Positions 23,727 to 35,700 of a DNA stretch of 64,000 bases are shown piece after piece. The notes under the pieces were generated by a model, which saw only the letters and a program-made list of their open reading frames with translations, had not been told where the DNA came from and searched no databases. Origin of the DNA: Dimorphilus gyrociliatus. Lineage: Eukaryota > Animalia > Annelida. The stretch covers positions 2,921,404 to 2,985,403 of the forward strand of contig CAJFCJ010000007.1 in assembly GCA_904063045.1 (NCBI GenBank), written 5' to 3'. Position 1 is the stretch's first letter. The number at the start of each line of letters is the position of its first letter. Position numbers and translations under genes: made by a program.

Positions 23727-26700
23727 ATGGTGAACTGGAATATGCAGCCAATTTCAAAAATACTTTTAATATCAACTATCTCAACAATTTTTAGTCTAAT
23801 AAACGTAAAAGGTATTTTTTGTAAATAAAATAGCGTAAACCTTTCTATATTAATAAAAATTTAAGGAGACGATTGTCCCTCTGGCTGGATAAGATATCTT
23901 GATAGCTGTATAATTAAACTTCATGACAATTCAAATTCGCCTCTGCATATAGATGCTTTATGCAGTAACTTGAATGCAACTGTCATTAAAATTGATTCTG
24001 CAAGAAAACTTTCATTTGTACATTTATATCTTGAAAATTCTGCTAAAAGCGAATATTATATTGGACTAAGTAGAAGGGATACGCAGAAAAAATATTCTAC
24101 TGATTTTATCTGGCGTGATGGCACTGTGATGAGCTATCATAATTTCGATAAGAATGAAAATAACCCTGGTATCGAAATGTATATAATTATGGAATCGACT
24201 CGTGGCGTATGGAGAGATGTTTCAGAGACTTATGGTAGTCCTGGATATATTTGCGAAATGCCAAAAAGTTTGCTATTCAATTTTTTCTTTTAAATTTCAT
24301 ATAGAAATTTTATATATATATTTTTATTTCAAAATAAGTTGATACTAGCGGTTGCAGACCATACTGGCACGTTCTAGATAACTATAGAGATACAAGAAGT
24401 TATGTTGAAGTAAATACTCCAAAGCATATTTGCCTTCAGGTACTCTTAATTTTAATTCATATTATTATTTTCGATTCCAGTTTTGAAATAATAACATCTA
24501 TTCTATACCTCTTTCTCATTAGGAATGTTTTTCTGGTACATATGGAGTATGCCACAGTGTTTCGTGGCATAGCCTTACAGGAAAATGTTTCCTACATTCG
24601 ACAAAAGTATATGCAGAAGATTTTGTCAACTTACAATTTCATGCACTCTATAAGTTTTATCAATGGGAATGTGAAGGTGATGCTGTACCGTCCAATATGA
24701 GGGAGAATACTGTCATAGATAACCTACCTGATTCTAGTTTCACAGCCTCCTCCGTTCGCATTTCTGACAACTCTCAACCTCAACAAGTCAAGTTCGAAAA
24801 TTATGAAAGAGAAAACCATCTTGGAACTTTCAGAACTGAGCATTCCGATCAATATCAGTGGCTTCAAGTGGATCTTATAAACTTGTATAATATAACTGGT
24901 TATCATATTTTGGGAGGTGAGAGAAAGCAGAAACGCACTCTAATGGACCATTACTTTTTACATAGTTTAAAGTGTTCGGACTTTTCTTGGTACCGCAGAA
25001 AGGAAACTGAAGAAATTATTGTAAGGTTTTTCATAAATATCTGAATAATCCTCATATAATCTTTAGCATCTTTAAAAGAAAATGTTAGGTGATAAAATGT
25101 GGTCTATGGTTCAAGTAATTCTATTCAAACATCCCTTTATTGCTCGATGTATACGTATAAATCCTCTATCTTGGCATTGGTCACCAGATATGCGTTTGTC
25201 AATTCGTGGTTCTCAGTTAGAAAAACAAATTTCTGTTATAGGTAATGTTAAAATATTGATGTTTTATAAAGACTAGTTATTCAATGCTAAAACAGAAATT
25301 ATTTATAACTCTTTTACTATGTTCCAGATCTTGAGGGGGTAGCATTAGGAATGGAAACAGGTCTAATAGAAGATTTTCAAATAACTGCAAAAGATATATA
25401 TACTTCTGGTTCAAATAGTAATCCTCCTTTCCTAGCACGATTAAGAGGGCGTTTTAGAGACTTTCCTTTTCAAGTTCCCTGTTTTCGTGTAACAGGGAAG
25501 GAGAATTGGTTTCATGTAACGTGGCAATTGCCAATTCAATTTTATGGGTTATCTCTAGCTCCTCAACCGCTTTCCTCCGGGTATCTCAAGTCATTTAGCA
25601 TGGCAGTAGCTGATTATTTTGATGAAATATCGGAAAAACTAAAGAATAGTAATGGTGATGTCATACTATTTACTGCATCAGTTGAACGGCCTACATTTAC
25701 TCCAATTCGTGTAACATTGGATGAACCAATAAAAGCTAGACATGTTCGAATTTATCCTGATTCATGGGATGGTGTTGGGTGTACAGTATTTGAATTTTAT
25801 GGAAAACTTGATGGTAACATTTTTTATTAAGAGTTCTTTCACTGTAATAAATAAAATCATTCTATTAGCTGTATGCCCCAAACTTGATCTTGAGAACAAT
25901 GCAACAACAACAGCAACTTGTCCAATGACAAAGCAGACTGTTATGCTTTACAATGAAACAGCGAATGTGACGTATCCAAGAGCAGAATCAATTGTCCTCA
26001 TTGAATTGAATCTTTTATATCACTTAGTCTCATTTCAAATTCAATTTGCCAGTACACCCCTTCCAGAGATGAAGATAGAATGGTCAAGAGATAACAATAT
26101 TTGGAGATCATTAGACAAATATAAAACAGAGAAACCGGATGATAAAACCGTTAATATAACTTTGTTAAACCTACATTCAGCTACAAAATTACGTTTATTT
26201 TTTTGGAGTTTAAACGTTGATTTTGTTTTTCCATGTATTGAATATTTTATTGATGCGTGTGAAGCTAAAATATGCCCACCCAACACAATAGAATACGGCA
26301 ATTCTTGCTACCAACATTTCACTAGTTTTGTGTCTGGGGGTACTAGTAATATAAACCATATTTGTGATAATTATGTTTGGACTGATAAAGCGTATGCCAC
26401 TGAAATTTCTTCCACAGAAGAAGATGCCATTAATTTCCATATATCGATGAGGTTTGTTTAATGTTTATAAACTAGCTTCTTTATTGTTTAGCAAATATAA
26501 TATTCACAGAGCTCTACATCACACATTCATTGGATTGACAGTAGATAATTCTGTTGCTCAAACACCTAATATGAAAATGCTTAATCCCAATCTAAATTGG
26601 CGATGGTCCAATAATGCACAACATAATTTTACTAAATTTGATCGTAATTACGATACTGGACAGCCTGAATATCTCACTGAACAATGTGTTGTAGGATTTA

Positions 26701-29700
26701 GAACTGGTTGGCACAATTTGGACTGTAACGCACCAGGATATTATATATGTGAAATGAAATCAAACAGTTTGTGTAATAGAGAATTTGAATTCTAATAATT
26801 ATCATTTTTTAATTTTAGCGAGGAGACTAACCCAGAGACAAAGGGAAGAAACTAAATGGTTTTATTTTCATAACACTAAATTAAATGAAGCACATTTGGT
26901 AAAAACTTACGACATTGCCCATCCAGAAACTTGTTCCTATATTTGTCAACACGAAACAATGTTTGAATGTAAAGGGTTTAGTTATAGGCATTTAGGTAAT
27001 GATAAAAGGTGTTATTTATATAATGGCACTACAAACTCTAATACTAATTCGATACCTGAATATAATATTCACTATTGGGATGTATGGGAAAAGTATACAA
27101 CAGTGGAAGGTTGTGAAAACCCTTTAATTGACGGTCCAAACGGAATTCCAGATTCCAATATAGAAGCTGATTCAGTACCAGACAGCACCAAATATGGAAT
27201 ATCTGAATTACGAATGGTCTTTCGTCAATTTTACGGTTCAAGGAATCCAGTACATGGTGGTTGTTTTAAAGGAGCAGGTTTAAATTCTTATCTAAAAGTT
27301 CGTATACAAAACAAACAATATATAAATACTAACAATATGAATTTCTCTGTTGCAAGTTTAATTTCGGAAGGATAGTTCAAGTGTCACGAATAAAAATAGA
27401 GGGAGGAGGTAGTGACTATGGCGCATGGATTAAACATTTCTATTTAGATATCGGCAATAGGACGGATATATTAACTAGTGTAAGATCATCGCATGGGACT
27501 CGTCGAGTAATATTTTATTAAAATTATTAAAAATTGAGATTATTACAATGATTCTTTTCTATAACTTTAGAAATTTGTTGGAAATTTTGATCGTGCTGTA
27601 TCCACTCAAAATTCTTTTGATCCACGTTTGATTGCTCAATATGTTAAATTTTTACCAGAATCATTTACTTCTGGATTCGCTGTAAGGATTGAAATGTACG
27701 GTTGTAATCATACTGGGGCTATTAATAAGTTTATTAAACCTCTTGGTTTGACAAGCCTATATATACTGCATTCTCAAATGTTATCTGAAAAGATTGTTAA
27801 TATAAATCACGGAATTCATGAAATCCGCTTAGATGTCCCACCTGTTTTTCAAACTTATGGATATTTTTACGTGGTGGGGAAATGGGGATTTGACCTTGGA
27901 ATCAGATATCATATATTTAAAACTATATCAAGTCCGAATGTTGGATATGTGAAAAGTTTTGAAGTAATGTATACCGATGATCCTACGCAATGGTCTTATG
28001 TAACAACAGAAAAAGGAGATATTAAAAAATTTGCCGTTCATCATTCATCTGAACTTGCTGAAGTACAATTTGATCCAGAAATCGTTGCTCGTTACATACA
28101 GTTTACAAACACTGGAGAATATCACTCTTCTCCTGCTATTAAAATGGAATTGTACGGATATCCAGCAAAACATCCCCAATTGAATATAACTGATAAATTT
28201 CCTAAAACTGTTTCTGCGTCATCTGAGAAAAGTATGACCAATTCCCCTAAAATGGCACTAAACCTTGTACATACTTTCTGGTGTAAGGAGGAGAGCGATT
28301 TGGACGGTTGGTGGTCAGCTGATTTAGGCGTTATATATTACATAGAAAGGATATTTATATACTATGTGGAGAATTTTTTAAGAGACAATTGCAATAATAT
28401 TTTAGTGTATGGCGCTCAGTATAACAAAACGAATATGAATAAAATGGATGAGGTGAGACGGTAGTGTTTAAAACTTTAATTAGAATATAACTTAATTATT
28501 CAAAATAGGAAATAATATGTGAATCGGAAGTGAATAGAACAATTCTGTTTTCCTCACCCGCTTTGCGATTTAGGTATATCCGCCTAAATTTTAACAACGG
28601 GCCGAAAGAGTGTATCAGATTTGAATTATATGGCGAAAAAGCACCAATATGCCCTCCAGGTTCAGTAAGACATTTAGATAAGTGCTATACAACTTCCGAG
28701 GTACCTGGAACATTTGAAGATGGCCGTAAATTTTGTGAGTCAGGATTTAGTTGGAAAGGTCCAGGTTATCTGATAATGCCAAAAAATACTTTTGAAACGG
28801 ATTTTGTTAAAAAGCATTATAAGTTAAAGTAAATATTCAAAAACAAAGTTCTTATAAACAATATCATTGTTATTAATTAAAATTCCAATGATTATCATTA
28901 GGCATCCATCCTATGGCGTCTATATAGGCGTCAAGCAAGTTGAACTAAATAAGTTTGTTTGGCTGGATGGAACACCTGTAACAAACCACTTACGACGATC
29001 CTATGGTTTTGTTCCTTATATACATCTGCCTTGTGTAATTAGAAGGGATTTTTTTGATAGTAGTGCTTGCACAGAACCCGCTTTTGCAATGTGTGAGACA
29101 AAGCCGAATCGTTAATATATTTAATATAGGAAAATTCTTATAAATTAACAATTTCTTCGTTCAATAGTTCCCGATGATGAAAAAGATTATAATGAGGAGG
29201 AAGAATGTCAGCCTCTCTATACTGTGAGAGATAATTATAGACTTGTGCGTCAGCCTGTAGCACAAATATATCATACGGATCTGAGAAATTGTTTGGGCTA
29301 TTGTTTATCTCAGAAGTGGTGTAAATCAGTTGCTTGGAAATACGTGTATGTTTCATTATAATTTTTAAAATTGAAGATGCTTGTCTATATATATATATAG
29401 TATATCTATATATGAAATGAAATATTTACAGATTAAATACCCGAGACATATGTCAATTGTATAATGTAACAAGTTCCATGCTAAAATACGACCAGAGTGA
29501 ATTTGTTGAAGAGACAAATTTATATTACTTTTTCGAACAGTTTTGCTTTGATAGAAAGAGTTACAAACTATTACCAGAAGGGAATCATGAAACAGTCGAA
29601 GAATTTAATGTAACAGTTAATATTTATCAAAGTCTTGGAGCTGCATATAACGATTACCGTCTTGGGTTTAATGCTCCATTCTATTATGCTGCTCTCTGCT

Positions 29701-32700
29701 CTAATTCGCATATTTTTGAATGCTATTTAGAAGTTAATTTTGAGAAATTGGTCAAGTTGACTGCCTTTACTACATCTAGTAGATATAAATATGTACAGTT
29801 CACAAGAACGGCACAACTATTTTATAAAAGATCTTGGTATGACCAGTGGCTAGCTGTACGAGATAAGGATGGAGATATCATAGTAGGATAAAATTATATA
29901 TTACTTATATTGTAATTTAGTTCAATTTACACTACAGAATTATTTTATACAAGAGAGTGAACGCTTTTACAATCATATAGAACTTCCCTCGTTTGTTATT
30001 TGTAGGGGTTTTCGATTCAATCCAACAAGTAAAAGAACATATTCAAGTCTAATTATTCAATTGTATGGAAGATACTTAGAGGATAAAATTCATCTTTATA
30101 CTCCAAAATGTAATCATCCATTAGGACTTGCACATTTAAATAAAATACATGGTTCTCACATAAGCGCTCCATCCTATTCAAGTTCTGATTATGTTTACAA
30201 TGTTAGATTAGACAGTCAAAACTGTTGGGTAACTAATTCAGCAGCACCCAACGATTATATACAAATAGATTTGGGTCATATCTATTACGTTACAGGTTTT
30301 GTTTCTCAATCTTGCAGAGATTATGACGAGTTTATTTATGAATTTGATGTCAAATATTCATTATATAGAATACACGGATGGAAGTCATACGAAGAACCAT
30401 CAGATTATAAAGTAAGAATTCAACAATAGTATTAGCATATAAAGAATGATATAAGTAACCATTATAATTTACTATTAGACAATGTATCTACGGTCCGATC
30501 CCAAGTTAACAAGAAATATGAAATACTTATTGCTTTTTAACGAAACTCTAGAATTAAGATTTATCAGATTTGCAGCAAAAAGCTGGAATAAAAAGAGAGC
30601 TCTTCGTTTGGAAGTTGTTGGATGCATTAAACGTAACGTATCACTTATATAAGCTACAATCGTGCCTTATTAGCTTTGTTTGTAATTTTTTATTTTATGA
30701 TTTTCCATAGAGCAAGATGCAATAACAAATCCAGAAAATGACCTAGAGAGAATTAGCGTTGACGAAGATGCCTCAGGAAGTTCGCTTTCCTGGGGGTCAA
30801 TAGATAAAAGTGCTAATTTAGCATGTCCTAAACAATTTTCCCAATCAAGTAAAATAATTATAAACTTTAAAAGAGTTTACATTATCACTGGATTTGTAAT
30901 TATGTCCAACACAACTGGACAGTTGAATAGTACAATAGAATATTCAGCAGATTCAGTAAACTGGAATAAATATACCGACGGTTTTGATTATATAAGATCA
31001 AACGTAAGTATCATCTTATAAGTAATATTCTCTTATCAATTATATTTAAATATTTATATATATTCATGTTCACTCTCACTAGTCGACACACGAAATTTTG
31101 CTATCAATTCCAATAATGGCTATATACGTATCACTCTCTATTTATAGTGATACCTTTATATGTTGGAAGATATCTGTTAATGGGGGAAAGTATTTAGGTA
31201 TAGATATAACAGTTTATACTTGATGAAAACCACTTAATTTCATTGAAATTTTCTTTTAGAATGTCCTCCTGGATATTTTCTTTTCGGTATAAAATGTATT
31301 TCCTATCCTTATTCGACACCCTATAATCATGACGATGCTGTTGAACAATGCAAAGGAATACCATGGCGTGGTGAAGGCCACTTAATTACACCAAAATATG
31401 ATGAAGTGCTAAATGTATTTCTTCAAGGCTTTTTCTCAAAGTAGGCGATTTATATTGTAGCTTTTATGTTGGTAATCTGTCTTTAAATAGAAATTCAGAA
31501 ACTACTCGTATGGGTTTGAAATACAATACTAAATTCGAATGGTCAGATGGAAGTACATTACCTACGGATGAGGTTATAAGATGGGACTCGTCAATTGGCG
31601 CTGGTTCTTGCGGAGGATTCCAAAAGCTTAGAGGATTCTGGAGAAAAGTATCGTGTACAACCAAACTTTTCATTGCATGTGAAAAAGAGGCATCATGTAA
31701 TTTTTTCTCCTTTTATTTAGATAACACTAATTGCTGTATAAAATCTTTTAATACAAAATAGTGCTGCCTAGTCAAAAGACTGGTAAATTGTGGACAGTAA
31801 TCACTTCCGCCTCATTAAACACAACAAGCAGTAGTTTGGTTTACAAGAATGATTATAATACAAGATTTGATTGTCTAATGGCGTGTAACGAAGAAACAAG
31901 ATTCACATGTGTTTCCTTTGCTTTTGATACCGATACAAAAGATTGCATTCTTTACTCATCAAATACTTATTCTAAAAATAGCTACCTTAAGAGGGATACA
32001 GATGAGGCAGACAAATTATATTTTGAAGCTATTAATCCTGGTTGATTATGTTTCTTACGAGAAAACTTAGATTCTAATCTAAAACATTGTTTGTTCTATC
32101 CTTAGGTAAATGCTCACTCAGGCTTATTGAAGGAGAAGTTTTAGGAATAAAATGGGACGTTTCTTCAGAATATGATTCGTCAAGAGATAAATTTAAATTA
32201 CCATTACACGTACGAACAGGTTCGAAAGGCTATTGGAGATCTAGTGATGCTGATACAAATCCATGGATTCTCTTCTCATTTGAACAATCTTTAAGTATCT
32301 CTTATTTTGTATTACAAGGAACGGGTAAATTGAGTGACAACGGATATGTCACAAAATTCAGAATACAATCATCTTTAGATAATGTTATTTGGATGAATGT
32401 TAACTGGGATTATAGTAAAACTTATGATTTTGAAGGATTATTTGATAACGTTTATGCAAGATCATATATATTTGAAAATTCCTTAAGGATTCAATATCTT
32501 AAATTTAACTTAATCGATAAAGAATCTTATTTTGCTATGCAAATTGAATTATATGGATGTGCGGAATTTATTCCAGATTGTTTTTCTTTACCATCATCAG
32601 ATTTTGAAGTGAAGGGAGCCGATAAAACTGTAAAATTAAAATGTTTTGAAGATTGGACTATTCTTGGTCAAAAGTTATCCACGGATGATTCTTGGTCAAA

Positions 32701-35700
32701 AACCTGGTCTGATTATAAAAATGGATTTGAAACTGATAAAGAATTTTGGGGCGGTAATCAGTTGGCAACCTATTTAACTAGTTTTAGAGAGTATAATGGT
32801 CGAATAGATATGTGGTCTAAAGATGGACGCCATTTGCATAATGAATTCAAAGGAATCCATATTGAAACAGAAAGCAAATCTTACGCAAAGAACATTTCTG
32901 AATTTTTAAGTGGTAGTGCACTATCAAAGGATTTTTTAACAATGTCAAACTTTTATGCAATTGATAGTGATAATGAAATATCTTGCGCACAAAATTCAAA
33001 AGCTGGATGGTGGTATTCTCAGAATTCTTGCTCTTCCTCAAATCTAATTGGCGTCAATTCTCTATGGTCTGTTGATATGACTGATTTAAACAATGAGTAT
33101 AAGTTTGAAGTTGAAAAGTTTATCTTTAAAATTAAATCAGAGACCGCCTGTTAGTATACTTTTCTTTTATACTGTTTATCATTAAGAATAGGATTTATCT
33201 TTGCTTTAATTTAATAGATAATATTGCTATTGGAAAGATTGCTTTTCAAAAAGTAACCAATGGTGATAATAAAGCTGATTTAGCAATCGATGGTATACCT
33301 TTAAGCGATGCTATGCTTGGCTACTGCGCAATTGGAGAACTTACAACTGATCCCTATTGGGTTGTTAGCTTACTTAAACCTTTTAATGTCACAAGAATAG
33401 CAGTCGTTAATAGGAAAGACTGCTGTTGTAAGTATAATTTCTTGACAATAATGAAGACCTTTATTATATTATCTAAAAAATGTTTTCCCTTTGTAAATAG
33501 CTTCGGAATTATCTAACTTCAAAATAGGCTTATCAGATACTTTTTTGAACAACAATTTCGATTCTTTGTTATTTAAATTATGTAAACATTACACTGGAAC
33601 TGTAGGAGCTGGTGTAAAACAAGAAATCGAATGCGAAGGTGGAGCTACCGGAGGCTCTTATTTAGGTATTTGGATGGAAGGTTCAAATCGTAGATTAAGC
33701 TTGTGTGAGGTTGAAATATATCCAAAACTAAAATACGGTATAAATATCTAATTAGTAGTGTTGAATATCTGTCAATTTTTTATTTAAATCCATGTTTATC
33801 AGAGTCAGACAAGAAGTTTGGAGATTATTGTGAATCGGATTCCAATTGTATTGAACAATATACTTTTTGTCTTCCACAAAAAGAACCACAGAATCTTGAT
33901 ACTATATCCTACACATGTCAATGTAGATCCTATAGTATTCGAAGAGATAATAAATGCTCTCCAGGTAAGCAATAAGATGAATAAGTTGTTTCCTAGCTTT
34001 TAACATTTCATTTTTAAAAATAGCTACTGATGTTCTTTTAAAAAATATTGAATTTGGAGATAAGTTTATACGAGAAGAGGAAACTATTGTATCATCTACA
34101 ATCTTATTATCTAATAATGCTGGTTGGCCAATTGCCGAAGTAACTTTGCCAAAGATCAATTTCGACTTTAACCTAGTTGCTTCGGATTCAGATAATAATC
34201 TTACTGCTTTATGGAGGAAAAATTTTAAATTAATTTCAAAATCTGGTCTTAACAAAGCCTTACCTAGCAGAGATGCTACCAATTCATCAAATAGGGGTGA
34301 AATATCTATATCCTTATCAGTTTCTTTTAAATTTCCAATGTTACAATGCTTTAACAAGACCTACGCCTGTGGCAATGTAATGGAACATTCTATTAGTGAA
34401 TTTATAGAATGGGATAACACAAATAATCAAATATGCTTTCTGTTATCTTCCTTTATAAACTGCCAACCAGAAATAGATCTATCGATATCAAAAATAGCTC
34501 TCATTTCTACAGAAAATGTCTATAGAAGTGTTCCCCAAAATCATACCTTTGTTATTACTATATTAAATAAAAATTCGAATACTCATGATGTTATTCAATT
34601 GTTCGATGACTATTTTAATTATGATATTGAAGTACTTCACTCCAACACACCTGTAGATATCAATAGTGTACATCCAAATTGGAAGAAAACATCATTAGAC
34701 CTAAATCAAAGGCAGAAAGGGGTTAAGATTGGAAATACTTTAGATTTGACAACAAAAGTTTCAACATATTTCTCAAGATCTGAATGCGAAGATGATTTAT
34801 TCGCTTGTTTTCGAATTATCGTATCAAATACTTCGTCGTATAATGAGAGTAACAGAAGTGATGATATTTCATGCTTCGATCTAACGCCGTATAAGAATTG
34901 TACACCAGGTGTTTATCTAAATATTACTGTTTTCTATTAACTGTTTCTTGATGTTTATCTATAATTACAGCTGTTGAAGTTAAGGCGAATCTGACTATAC
35001 CTCAGCAAATCGTTATAAGAGGTTATACACAATACATACAAACGTATCTTCAATGGACTAATATTGATAAAAGATTTGGTATTGATATTGTTCCACCAAG
35101 CAGATACAATTTTAATGTAACTATATTTTTCACGGATATTAACTTGGAAATTGACGATTTGGCATTAAGTTTGTATAGCGTAGTAAACTCATCAAACATT
35201 CAATCCAATTTATCAATAAATAACTATCTTTCATGGGAGTTTATGAGTACTGTAAACATTTCTAGAACTCATTGCTCGAAATACAAATATCTCTGTTTTA
35301 AAGTAATGCCGGGAGAAGGATCATCGTATAGCCTTTTTGATAATAAAAATAGTATTTCTTGTTGGGATATGAAGAATATTATAAACTGTATAGGTGTAAT
35401 GGTAAAAGGACTTAGTTTTGAGCTCACCAACGACAATTTAATGGAAGGCAATGAAAGTCAATTCTCACTTCTATGGACTGAAGGAACAGACATAAATTAT
35501 AGCATAAATTTTACCAATACAGATTCAATATCATGGAATTGGTTTGATTCGGGTCATACACAATCCTTTGGACCAATTAGCAAACATACCTTAGATTATA
35601 TTTATACAAGCTATGATGTTTATAATGTTAGTCTAAGAGTTTGGAATGAAGCTGGAATTGAAACTCGTTGGTTATTAAAGACTGTAGAACCAATATTAAA

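Noticed and set aside
25067-25078. Apparent in-frame TAA suggesting copy A is a pseudogene
   Set aside because: Using the AAG acceptor at 25078 gives KMLGDKMWS, which aligns residue for residue with VMYGNSFWS in copy B; the TAA is intronic.
26452-26491. Apparent ultra-short 40-nt intron
   Set aside because: The in-frame acceptor 18 nt downstream (cacag, 26509) gives a normal 58-nt intron and exact alignment with copy B.
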